Source: Desulfurococcales archaeon (lineage in GTDB: Archaea > Thermoproteota > Thermoprotei_A > Sulfolobales > WANQ01). Taken from it: 60,167 bases of DNA. A model generated the notes under the pieces. It saw nothing but the letters and a program-made list of their open reading frames with translations. It made no database searches and had not been told where the DNA came from. A program made the position numbers and the translations under genes. Where the stretch lies: positions 1-60,167 of the forward strand of contig JALVFK010000218.1 of the NCBI GenBank assembly GCA_027030065.1, in the 5' to 3' direction. Shown one piece after another: positions 27,977-37,251 of this stretch; within the stretch, counting starts at the first letter, position 1, and each line of letters opens with the position of its first letter.

Positions 27977-28522
27977 TTATTCTAGTTCTCTACTTCTCTC
28001 ACGTCCAATCTTTTTCCACTGATAGACAGTGCCAGCGACCAACACAATTAATGCTATGACTAGAGAAATGGTCCATGGAAACCAGTACGTCAAGCCCTGG
28101 AACACGAGTGTTGAAGCAACAACTGCTATGCCTAGAGCTAATACATAATCGAATACGATGTACACTATTACGGTAGCCAACACTGTTAATACAAATAATG
28201 CTAATTTCTCATATCCACTAATACTTACCAAATTTCTCTCCACTAATACTGCAAGAGCTAGTGATGCAATAATATAGCCAGCTGTAATAGATAGTCCTAT
28301 TTTGAATACTATAAAGCCTATTATTAGACCTAATACGAATAGCAGTATACCTATTATAAAGCCCAATATGACTCCTCCACCTGCTGAAATGACAAACCCG
28401 AATCCCAAGAGCCCTATGAATCCACCAAAGATCAGTGATGCTAAGATTCTTACCATTGTTCGACCTGCAAAGATCAGCAATATACCAAACAATACTAATA
28501 GTACTGCATCCACCGGACCCAT
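27977..28522 (-). CDS. integral membrane protein, unknown function
   Basis: 181 aa, five Gly/Ile-rich TM helices. Confidence 0.5.
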   Translation of the reverse strand: MGPVDAVLLVLFGILLIFAGRTMVRILASLIFGGFIGLLGFGFVISAGGGVILGFIIGILLFVLGLIIGFIVFKIGLSITAGYIIASLALAVLVERNLVSISGYEKLALFVLTVLATVIVYIVFDYVLALGIAVVASTLVFQGLTYWFPWTISLVIALIVLVAGTVYQWKKIGRERSRELE

Positions 28523-28618
28523 TGTTCTTTTACCCTTGCATTATCTTTGCTAGTAAACTTAGATAAACATATTGTGTAATCTATTAAAGTCTAGGGTACT
28601 CCACAAATAAAACTACAA

Positions 28619-29998
28619 TTAAATAATCGAATAATAAACGAACTCTGAAGGCGAAGGTATTCCTTGAAGAAGCCGACTTTCCTTTCTCTTAACCTCAATA
28701 TATGATTCTAGTAAATCATTATTGAATATTGATTTAAGATACTCATTATCGGATTCTAATTCGTCCAATGCCTCCTCTAGTGATCGCGGTAGCTCTATTA
28801 TACCGAGTTCTCGACGCTTACTTTTACTTAGCTTATATACATTTATGTCAACAGGATCTCCCGGATCCATTTTCTTATTTATCCCGTCAATACCAGCAAG
28901 AACTATTGCTGGTATAGCTAGGTACGGGTTTGCTAACGGATCGGGCGGTCTATATTCTATTCGTTTAGACGTTTTTGTGAGAGATGCTGGTATTCTAATT
29001 GCAGCACTCCTATTACTCTTCCCCCAGGTTAGGTATATAGGTGCTTCATAGCCTGGTATTAGTCTTCTATAACTATTGACTGTTGGTGATACGAGAGCGC
29101 TGAGACTTCTTCCATGTTCTATTAAGCCTCCTATAAAATATCTTGCCAGTTGACTTAGATGAGCATACTCGTCGTTCTCATCATAGAAGAGGTTATGGGA
29201 GTTATCCCATAGACTTAAGTGGACGTGCATTCCACTACCGTTATCGCCCATTACTGGTTTTGGTAGGAAAACTGCTACTTTGCCTTGCTGCACTGCAATA
29301 TTCTTTGCAACATATTTAGTTGTCTGTATATGATCAGATATTGTTAGGGGAGTAGAAGCTTCTATGTTTACCTCTATTTGACCTGCCGAGGCGACCTCAT
29401 GATGATGATTCTTTACGAATACATTAAAATATTCTCTTAAAATCCTACTCAGAGTCAAACGATATCCTACAAATCTATCATAGGGTTCCACCACATAATA
29501 TCCGCTTTTAACTGGTACCCTAATACCATCGTGAGCCTCCATTGAAACTATTTTCAAGTCCTGTCCATAGCTAGCCGCATTATAGCCTATTTCATCGAAG
29601 ACGAAGAACTCTATCTCAACACCCACGAGAGCTCTAAGCCCATTATTTTCAAGAAAAGCTTCTAGTTTCTCCGCCATATATCTAGGATCCTTGGAAAAAC
29701 GCTTTCCAGAGTAGGGATCATATATTGTTGATAAAACTCTAGCAACTTTCTCATGCCAGGGGATTTTAGCTAGTGTCTGGATAATGGGTTTTAACAGTAG
29801 ATCACTATACTCTATTGGTGAAAAACCCTTAATACTAGAACCGTCAAGCTTGACAAAACCCTTCCCTAAGTTTTTGTTGAAATCTCTGGAATTGACTGCT
29901 ACCCCGTGTAGACTTCCTACTAGGTCTGTAAACTGTAGCTCTATCCAGTCTAAGTCGCTGAAATAATGTTTAGAAATTGAGGTTCCCATTTTTATCAC
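28619..29998 (-). CDS. glnA: glutamine synthetase, type I
   Basis: 459 aa. KLDGSSIKGF, GSGMHVHLSLW and NRSAAIRIP motifs. Confidence 0.95.
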   Translation of the reverse strand: MIKMGTSISKHYFSDLDWIELQFTDLVGSLHGVAVNSRDFNKNLGKGFVKLDGSSIKGFSPIEYSDLLLKPIIQTLAKIPWHEKVARVLSTIYDPYSGKRFSKDPRYMAEKLEAFLENNGLRALVGVEIEFFVFDEIGYNAASYGQDLKIVSMEAHDGIRVPVKSGYYVVEPYDRFVGYRLTLSRILREYFNVFVKNHHHEVASAGQIEVNIEASTPLTISDHIQTTKYVAKNIAVQQGKVAVFLPKPVMGDNGSGMHVHLSLWDNSHNLFYDENDEYAHLSQLARYFIGGLIEHGRSLSALVSPTVNSYRRLIPGYEAPIYLTWGKSNRSAAIRIPASLTKTSKRIEYRPPDPLANPYLAIPAIVLAGIDGINKKMDPGDPVDINVYKLSKSKRRELGIIELPRSLEEALDELESDNEYLKSIFNNDLLESYIEVKRKESRLLQGIPSPSEFVYYSII

Positions 29999-30138
29999 TC
30001 TTCAGTTTGTAGAACTATAATATTGAACACTTATTATACTATACCACTATTAGGTATATACGTTAATTAGGCCCACTCATGTGGTAGAAAACCTTATACC
30101 TATGTAAATGTGTTTTCTTGAAGTAGGAGGATATTAAA

Positions 30139-30399
30139 ATGAGTTTGGATAGCACACTTCCATCAAGGTATAGTGGTAACATAAAACTTGCTATATTGTC
30201 GTTGCTAAACTCTCTTGGAGCTGTAAATGATAAAAGAACTGTTAGTCTTGAAGAGCTTGCCAAGTACTTAGCAGTACCAGTAAATATCGTCGAGAATACG
30301 TTAAATGAATTATTACAGGAGAAATACGTTGAGAGAAAGAGTGACGGTTACTATATATCAAATAAGGGTATAGCAGTTGTAGTGGGCTTTATAAGCTAA
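30139..30399 (+). CDS. small winged-helix DNA-binding protein
   Basis: 86 aa. VSLEELAKYLAVPVNIVENTLNELLQEKYVERKSDGYYISNKG. Divergent from glnA. Confidence 0.5.
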   Translation: MSLDSTLPSRYSGNIKLAILSLLNSLGAVNDKRTVSLEELAKYLAVPVNIVENTLNELLQEKYVERKSDGYYISNKGIAVVVGFIS

Positions 30400-30421
30400 C
30401 TAGTTAAATGGGGCAAGCTAA

Positions 30422-30973
30422 ATGAAGACTGTAGTGACCGTATACGCTGATAAACCGGATTTCAACCAAAGTAATGCGCTAATAATCTATTCAATCACTT
30501 ATCTGGCAAGCCATAGGGGGTTTAATACAATAGTAATAGGAGGAGATCATATACCCGGTGTATTGGAGAAAATAGATGTTGTATCATATGTAAATAGTAT
30601 ACCAAACGTTATCGTTGAGAAATGGGTTCGTGCAACTGATATTGCTATAGTTTTGTCAGAGATTCTTCACGAGAACTTTCCTAGAGTAATTCTTTGCTAC
30701 GGCATCTCATGTGTTTTAGCCGCTATACCCATTAAAAAATACATAACATTGAAAGTAGTTTATGTTCCGTCAGTAAATGATTTCCTAGTACTCGAGGGAG
30801 GCGATAAGCTTCTATCGGAAACCTATAGTAGTCTAATTAGGTATTCATTAGACTATACTGATCTAGTTTTCGATTCTGAAACACGTATACAAAACCTTAT
30901 CGATAAGAAGGTTGAGAAAAAGAGCCTATTTACTGGTGATTTAAGAGTCTTGGAAAAATTTGTGCTCAGCTGA
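30422..30973 (+). CDS. hypothetical protein (GT-B N-half-like), translationally coupled to GT4 gene
   Basis: 183 aa. Its stop TGA overlaps the next ATG (TGATG at 30971-30975). Confidence 0.45.
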   Translation: MKTVVTVYADKPDFNQSNALIIYSITYLASHRGFNTIVIGGDHIPGVLEKIDVVSYVNSIPNVIVEKWVRATDIAIVLSEILHENFPRVILCYGISCVLAAIPIKKYITLKVVYVPSVNDFLVLEGGDKLLSETYSSLIRYSLDYTDLVFDSETRIQNLIDKKVEKKSLFTGDLRVLEKFVLS

Positions 30974-32190
30974 TGATAGAAATGCGCATATTAATGCTTT
31001 CCTGGGAGTATCCGCCACGGATAGTAGGTGGGTTGGCAAGACATGTTTACTGGCTTTCTAAAAGTATTGTTGAACACAATCATCAAGTAATTGTTGGAAC
31101 CCTATCAAATAATAGTGATAGTGTTATTGAGAGACAAGGTAATTTAACTATCATTAGGATTAACCCCTATAAGATACCTTCACCCGATTTTATAAGCTGG
31201 GTTTACCAGTTCAATCAGACTCTGATAGAAGATATTGTTGACGCTGTAGGGCCAGATATTGATATAGTTCATGCCCATGACTGGCTCGTAGCTCGTGCTG
31301 GAATAATATTAAAACACCTGTATAGGAAACCGTTAATTGCAACTATCCATTCAACAGAATATGGTAGGAGAAATGGCCTTCATAACGTCTTTGAGAGACA
31401 TATCCATGAGGTAGAGTGGCTCTTAACTTATGAGGCGTGGAAGGTTATAGTATGTAGTCGTTACATGAGGGAGGAAGTTCAAAGAATATTTGCTATTCCT
31501 TCAGATAAAATACATGTTATACCTAATGGTGTTAATCCCATTAAGAAAATGAACTTTAATGAAGTATTAAGAGTACTAGAGAAATATCGTATTCCACCAA
31601 ACATGAGAATAGTATTGTTTGTTGGTAGACTTGTTTATGAGAAGGGAGCACAAATACTTATTGAGGCTATACCCTATATAGCACGAATAGTCAATGACGT
31701 GTTTTTTGTAATTGTTGGAACAGGACCTATGAGAGAAGAATTGGAAAGGAGGAGCATAGAGTTAGGTGTTCGAAACAGAATTGTATTTACTGGTTTTGTT
31801 ACAGATCAAGAGCTACACGCTCTTTATAATGCAGCTTATGTTGCCGTATTTCCAAGTCTATATGAGCCTTTCGGGATAGTTGCTCTTGAAGCTATGAGTA
31901 TAGGTAAACCAGTTGTAGTATCTAATGTAGGTGGATTAAGCGAAATAGTTGAACATGGTAAGAATGGGCTTAAGGTGCCTCCAGGAGACGTTAAAGCATT
32001 GGCCAATGCAATAATTGAGTTACTCCTAAGACCCGAGAAAGCTGAAGAACTAGGTAAGAAGGGATATACTGATGTTTATAGAAAATATACTTGGGATAAA
32101 ATTGCCAAAGAAACCCTAAAGGTCTATGAGAAAGTATTAGACGAATACTATGCAGGTTTATGGAAACCTAAGGTCTTTCCCACTAGGTAA
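30973..32190 (+). CDS. GT4-family glycosyltransferase (glycogen-synthase/GlgM-like N-terminus)
   Basis: 405 aa. SWEYPPRIVGGLARHV. E-x7-E region EPFGIVALEAMSIGKPVVVSNVGGLSEIV. Confidence 0.8.
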   Translation: MIEMRILMLSWEYPPRIVGGLARHVYWLSKSIVEHNHQVIVGTLSNNSDSVIERQGNLTIIRINPYKIPSPDFISWVYQFNQTLIEDIVDAVGPDIDIVHAHDWLVARAGIILKHLYRKPLIATIHSTEYGRRNGLHNVFERHIHEVEWLLTYEAWKVIVCSRYMREEVQRIFAIPSDKIHVIPNGVNPIKKMNFNEVLRVLEKYRIPPNMRIVLFVGRLVYEKGAQILIEAIPYIARIVNDVFFVIVGTGPMREELERRSIELGVRNRIVFTGFVTDQELHALYNAAYVAVFPSLYEPFGIVALEAMSIGKPVVVSNVGGLSEIVEHGKNGLKVPPGDVKALANAIIELLLRPEKAEELGKKGYTDVYRKYTWDKIAKETLKVYEKVLDEYYAGLWKPKVFPTR

Positions 32191-32268
32191 CTATGGTAAT
32201 ATTATTAGTATAAAAAATCGGTATTTGTACTCTATCAGTTTTATACTTATTTAGACTCGGTTAATTAT

Positions 32269-33207
32269 TTAATCTGGTACTACAATTGTACCTGTTTTTT
32301 CTTCGAGGATTTCTAGGGCCTTGTATAGATGGCCTATAGCGGCTTTCTTTCCTCCGTGTTTTATGAACCTTATGCACGCTAGTACTTTAGGTCCCATAGA
32401 GCCGGGTGGGAAGTGTCCCTCATTGTATAGCTTTTCTAGTTCACTAACCTTTATCTTTCTTATAACTTTTTGATCGGGTTTTCCAAAGTTTAACATCGCT
32501 CCTTCAACATCTGTTAATATTATGAAGTAGTCTGCTCTTAGTTCTGATGCCAGTACTTCTCCCGCTAGGTCTTTGTCTATTACAGCCTCAACGCCCTTTA
32601 TTGTATCGTCTTCTTTTATTACGGGTATTCCTCCTCCACCGCTCGCTACTACTATATAGCCTGCATCTACCAGTGTCTTTATAGCGTCTATTTCTAGGTT
32701 AGCTTTAGGATCAGGTGAAGGTACTACTCTTCTCCAGCCTCCACGTGGATCAGGTTTCATTATCCAACCTTTCTCTTTAGCTATCTGCTTTGCTTCTTCT
32801 TCCGTATAGTATGGTCCTACATATTTTGTCGGGTTCTGGAATGCTGGATCATTTTTATCTACTAATACTCTATTCACTATTGCTACTACCTTTTTGTCAA
32901 TACCTCTCTTCTTTAGTTCGTTTGATAGAGCTTGCATTATCATGTAGCCTAGCCATCCCTGGGTCATCGCACCAGCTATGTCCATTGGTAGTGGCGGCAC
33001 CTTTTCTTTTCCAGCTTCCATCCACACTAGAATGTTTCCTACTTGCGGACCATTACCGTGTGTTAAGACCACTCGGTATCCTCTTTCGATAATGTCTGCT
33101 ATTTGTTTCATTGCCCTTATAACATTGTTCCATTGATCTTCTGCTGTACCTTTTTGCCCCTTTTGTAAGAAGGCGTTCCCTCCTAGGGCAATAACTATTG
33201 TCTCCAT
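32269..33207 (-). CDS. arcC: carbamate kinase
   Basis: 312 aa. [19 protein letters not shown] and ASGGGGIPV motifs. Confidence 0.92.
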   Translation of the reverse strand: METIVIALGGNAFLQKGQKGTAEDQWNNVIRAMKQIADIIERGYRVVLTHGNGPQVGNILVWMEAGKEKVPPLPMDIAGAMTQGWLGYMIMQALSNELKKRGIDKKVVAIVNRVLVDKNDPAFQNPTKYVGPYYTEEEAKQIAKEKGWIMKPDPRGGWRRVVPSPDPKANLEIDAIKTLVDAGYIVVASGGGGIPVIKEDDTIKGVEAVIDKDLAGEVLASELRADYFIILTDVEGAMLNFGKPDQKVIRKIKVSELEKLYNEGHFPPGSMGPKVLACIRFIKHGGKKAAIGHLYKALEILEEKTGTIVVPD

Positions 33208-33362
33208 AATTCTTCCACCTATGGTTTAATTGTTGAAATACAGTGTTGTAGTAAAAGGGGTGTGATATTTAAGTATTCCCGAAAGAAATTCTTGGAGACT
33301 ATATTTGTGTGATAGGAAAAAGAATATTTTAGTTAAAATAGGAGTGCTGAGAATTTTATTTT

Positions 33363-35237
33363 TTAGCCTGGTAAGAGCCCCTCTTCTTCTAATCTGTCTG
33401 CAAGCCATCGTAGTCCTAGTTCTTCTAGTTTAGCTCTACTAGGTCTTCCGTCAATCCATCCTCTTAGCCTGTAGTATTCGTCTAACATCTCATTGAGTCT
33501 AACAACATGGCCTTTTGCTGGTCCTTCGGGCATTGGTTCCTCTAATAGTCTCTTTGGTAAGGTGTCATATTCTCTACCATCACCAAACGATAATACATTA
33601 AATGCTCTTTCAGCGTTGTATATTCTCTCACCGATTATCTCTATGTCTTTAGCAGTGACATCCCAACCAGTCACAGCACTGAGCATTGCTGCATAGTCCT
33701 CGGCCCAGACAGCAAAAGAGGTGAACTTACATAATATTAGGCTGTCTATTACCCCGAATACGTCTTGGAAGTGTTTAACTAGTTCTGCCTTACCTTTCGT
33801 CTCAAATCTGTCTACCAGTTTTGGTACTCCAAGGATTTCTGGTGAGATCATGTAAGCTCTTAGGTGACAGCCTCCACGATTGCTCGTAGCATAAGCTAGT
33901 CCGTGACCTTGCGCTCCTCTAGGATCATAGGCTGGTAGTTCTTGTTTTCTAACTACCATTGCTACTTCGGGTGCACCGTACTTTAATGCAAGCCTGTAAG
34001 CGCCTTCAGCTAGGTCGTTGCCTATTCCAGAACGATAGGCTGTTCTCCATACAAGTTCTACTATTGCCTCCGGTGAACCCCACTTAGCATTTAAGCCTCT
34101 CAATTTCTCCTCTGGTATTTTGCCTAACTCTACTAGCTCCATTAGCGTACCAATAGTGTGTCCCATTGAAATGGTGTCTAATCCAAGCTCGTTACACAGG
34201 AAGTTTGCTTTAGTTATTGCTTTAAGATCAGCCGTACCCGTTTGTGCACCAAAGGCCCAGATTGTTTCATATTCTGGTCCTCCACCTTCACCTGAGAACG
34301 GGGAGTCTTTTACGACAGAGTATCTTGCGCAGGTCATCTGGCAGCCCCAGCATGCTTCCTCTAGAGATTTCTTCTTGTCCAGCAATGTTTCTGCTAATGT
34401 CTCACCACTTATCTTATCGGCGTGTTCAAATACGCCAGTACGGAAGTTCCGCGTTGGGAATATACCAGCTTTATTAATTATGTTTACTAAGACAGCTGTA
34501 CCGTATTTTGGTAATGCTTGACTTGTTACAGGGTTCTTTCTATGCTTCTCCATTATCTGTGCTGAAACTTCTCTAAACATGTCTAGTTTGGCTATCTTTG
34601 GTTTCATATGTCCTCGTACCGCGATCGCCTTGAGTTTCTTAGAGCCCCAAACAGCTCCATGACCACCACGTCCCGCTGCACGGTTTTTATCATTCATAAT
34701 CGCTGCAAACTTGACTAGTTTTTCTCCAGCGGGACCTATTGCTGCTACCTTTATTTGCCGTGCTTCATCACTTCCTACTTCGTTTGCAAGTTCTTCTTGA
34801 ATAGCCTCGGTGGTGTGGTGTACGTCCATGCCCCATAGGTGTTTCGCGTCACGTATCTCAACCTTGCCGTCGTGAACCCATAGATAAACTGGTGAATCAG
34901 ATATATCCTCTATTATTATTGCATCGATTCCAGCGAATTTTAGTTCTGGGCCAAATTTTCCACCACTTTGAGAGTCATGTATAGTTTCAGTTAGAGGTGA
35001 CTTTGTTACTGAGCACCAGCGTCCTGGAGAATATAGTCCCGCTATACCTGTTAAGGGGCCAGTTAATACTATGGCCTTGTTAGACGGGCCTAGGGGGTTC
35101 ACCTTGGGGTTTACTTCCTTTAGCATCAAGTATACTCCTAGGCCTCGTCCACCAATCCATTTTTTCAGGATCTCTTCTGGTAGAGTTTCGTAGGTTATCT
35201 TACCGTTCCATAAGTTTACGCGAACTATTTTACCCAT
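33363..35237 (-). CDS. aor: tungsten-containing aldehyde:ferredoxin oxidoreductase (AOR family)
   Basis: MGKIVRVNLWNG start with GGAGG 4 nt upstream. DSQSGG. Cluster ligands CWGCQMTC (C-x2-C-x3-C) plus a distal ILCKF Cys. The ORF is open to 35255. Confidence 0.93.
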   Translation of the reverse strand: MGKIVRVNLWNGKITYETLPEEILKKWIGGRGLGVYLMLKEVNPKVNPLGPSNKAIVLTGPLTGIAGLYSPGRWCSVTKSPLTETIHDSQSGGKFGPELKFAGIDAIIIEDISDSPVYLWVHDGKVEIRDAKHLWGMDVHHTTEAIQEELANEVGSDEARQIKVAAIGPAGEKLVKFAAIMNDKNRAAGRGGHGAVWGSKKLKAIAVRGHMKPKIAKLDMFREVSAQIMEKHRKNPVTSQALPKYGTAVLVNIINKAGIFPTRNFRTGVFEHADKISGETLAETLLDKKKSLEEACWGCQMTCARYSVVKDSPFSGEGGGPEYETIWAFGAQTGTADLKAITKANFLCNELGLDTISMGHTIGTLMELVELGKIPEEKLRGLNAKWGSPEAIVELVWRTAYRSGIGNDLAEGAYRLALKYGAPEVAMVVRKQELPAYDPRGAQGHGLAYATSNRGGCHLRAYMISPEILGVPKLVDRFETKGKAELVKHFQDVFGVIDSLILCKFTSFAVWAEDYAAMLSAVTGWDVTAKDIEIIGERIYNAERAFNVLSFGDGREYDTLPKRLLEEPMPEGPAKGHVVRLNEMLDEYYRLRGWIDGRPSRAKLEELGLRWLADRLEEEGLLPG

Positions 35238-35403
35238 GTATCCTCCGAGAACCATGTATTTGCACCTTCTCTGTAAATAATAGTTGATTTGCGTTTAAAT
35301 AAGTCTTATGAATTGAATAATACTGTTTAACTTTTCGAACCATAAAGTTAAACTACATGTTTTAACACAGACACAAAACAGTGCAAAGAAAGGTAGACGT
35401 CAA

Positions 35404-36516
35404 TTGACATCTCTGAGAATACATGAATGGAATATCACTCTAGATAAGAGAAGTACTCCTCGTGAATTAATGGTCGAAACAACAATGAAATGCAACTATG
35501 ATTGCATACATTGTTTTAGAAGACTACTTATTGGCGAAGAACTAGGAGAGATGTCTTCTAAAACCTTTGACAAGCTATTAAAACAATCGATAGAAGCTAG
35601 GGTGGAGAAATTCTCGTTTTCCGGTTGGGGTGAACCACTAGTTCATCCAAAAATAATAGACTTTATAGGTAAAGCAAAATCAAGTGGAATAAAGGTTTTA
35701 TTGAATACTAATGGATCTTTGCTTGAACACTACAGCGAAGAATTATTCAAGTTAAATGTCGATGAAATTGTTGTAAGCATGGATGCAGCCGAAGAGAGCG
35801 TGTATGCGTCCATACGCAGAGGCGGACACCTGGCTCTTGTGGTTAAAGGATTAAAACAAATAAACGAGTTGAAAAAGAAGTATTCAACAACTAATCCTAT
35901 ATTGAAATTCCAGTTCACTATTAACACATTAAACTACAAACAACTTCCAAAACTAGTAAAACTCGCTAGAGAACTAGGAGTAATAGAGATAACTGTATCA
36001 AATATTGTACCTTTATCAGAAGAATACGAGAAAAACCTTGCATGCTACATAAACTGTGGTGAAGACAGCGAAGAAATAGAGAAACTAAAACATGAAATAT
36101 CTTTGCTTGTCCTTGAAAACAATGTAAACGTTATACTACCGAACTTTAGTTTAAGAACAGAACGCCTATGCCCATTTATCGATAAAACTGCAGCCTTTAT
36201 ACGCTGGGATGGTGGAGTATCTCCATGTATTTACTACGCACATAACTGGAAACCCGTTCTCTATGGGATAAGAAGAGAGATAAAAGCTGTAGTTTTCGGC
36301 AATATTAATAATAGACACTTAATTGATATTTGGAGATCGCCAGATTACGCCTTGTTTAGGTTTAGAGCAAAATTCTTCCACATGCCCTCTTGCCTCGACT
36401 GCCCAGTACAAGAATACTGTATCCTATCTAGATCCAATGATAGTGACTGTTGGGGTGGAAGTCCTACATGCGCCCATTGCCCTTACTCACGCGACTATGT
36501 TAGATGCCCACTATGA
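35404..36516 (+). CDS. radical SAM / SPASM-domain enzyme, probable tungsten-cofactor oxidoreductase maturase (Cmo-like)
   Basis: 370 aa with TTG start. CNYDCIHC (C-x3-C-x2-C) and a Cys-rich C-terminal SPASM-like region (CLDCPVQEYC ... CAHCP). Divergently adjacent to aor. Confidence 0.75.
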   Translation: MTSLRIHEWNITLDKRSTPRELMVETTMKCNYDCIHCFRRLLIGEELGEMSSKTFDKLLKQSIEARVEKFSFSGWGEPLVHPKIIDFIGKAKSSGIKVLLNTNGSLLEHYSEELFKLNVDEIVVSMDAAEESVYASIRRGGHLALVVKGLKQINELKKKYSTTNPILKFQFTINTLNYKQLPKLVKLARELGVIEITVSNIVPLSEEYEKNLACYINCGEDSEEIEKLKHEISLLVLENNVNVILPNFSLRTERLCPFIDKTAAFIRWDGGVSPCIYYAHNWKPVLYGIRREIKAVVFGNINNRHLIDIWRSPDYALFRFRAKFFHMPSCLDCPVQEYCILSRSNDSDCWGGSPTCAHCPYSRDYVRCPL

Positions 36517-36537
36517 ACTCACTTAGGGAGATACATC

Positions 36538-36813
36538 ATGGTTGCTAGAGTTAAGATTTCAATATATTCCTCACTCAGAGAAGAACTCGGATGGAAAGAA
36601 AAAGAGGTTTTAGTTGAAGATAATGCAACACTTATGGAAGTACTTAAAAAGGAGCCTTCCCTATACGAGCGTCTCGTTAATGAGAAAGAACAACTACGAA
36701 GTGATTACATGATACTAGTAAACGGAATACATTTACAATTCAAGGATGGAACTAGAACTCGTATCCGTGACGGAGATGAGATAGCTATCTTTCCGCCAGG
36801 AGGTGGTGGGTAA
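36538..36813 (+). CDS. MoaD-family ubiquitin-like protein ending in GGGG
   Basis: 91 aa. ...DGDEIAIFPPGGGG directly followed by the stop. Confidence 0.75.
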   Translation: MVARVKISIYSSLREELGWKEKEVLVEDNATLMEVLKKEPSLYERLVNEKEQLRSDYMILVNGIHLQFKDGTRTRIRDGDEIAIFPPGGGG

Positions 36814-36816
36814 GAA

Positions 36817-37248
36817 TTGAGAAAACGCTATGATCATACTTTCTTTACCGAGGAACAAGTAAAAGTACTAAGGCTGCGAGCCGAAGGCTATACTCTTGAA
36901 CAGATAGCAAGTATTCTCGGAACATCTAAATCAAACATACACTCCATATTGAAAAAAGCTAAGGAGACTCTGGAAAGAGCAAAAAGGACCATAGACTTAT
37001 ACCGCGAAATATATTCAACTATATCGTTTATATTTAACCGTGGAGATAGTTTAGCAAATATAATCACACATATCTACAATACTGCAGATATTTATGGAAT
37101 AAAAATAAAAATGCGCAGCCTTGAACTGCTATACTATTTGAGAGAAATATTATGGAATTGTCTAGAGCCACGAAAGGATCTATTACTCTGCGATATACAT
37201 GTAAAAATAGATAGAGATGGACATGTAATAGTTTCAACTAAACAATAA
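36817..37248 (+). CDS. tfx: Tfx-family DNA-binding transcriptional regulator
   Basis: 143 aa with TTG start. FFTEEQVKVLRLRAEGYTLEQIASILGTSKSNIHSILKKAKETLERAKRTI parallels Methanothermobacter Tfx (from memory), plus a TFX_C-like tail. Confidence 0.7.
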   Translation: MRKRYDHTFFTEEQVKVLRLRAEGYTLEQIASILGTSKSNIHSILKKAKETLERAKRTIDLYREIYSTISFIFNRGDSLANIITHIYNTADIYGIKIKMRSLELLYYLREILWNCLEPRKDLLLCDIHVKIDRDGHVIVSTKQ

Positions 37249-37251
37249 ATA

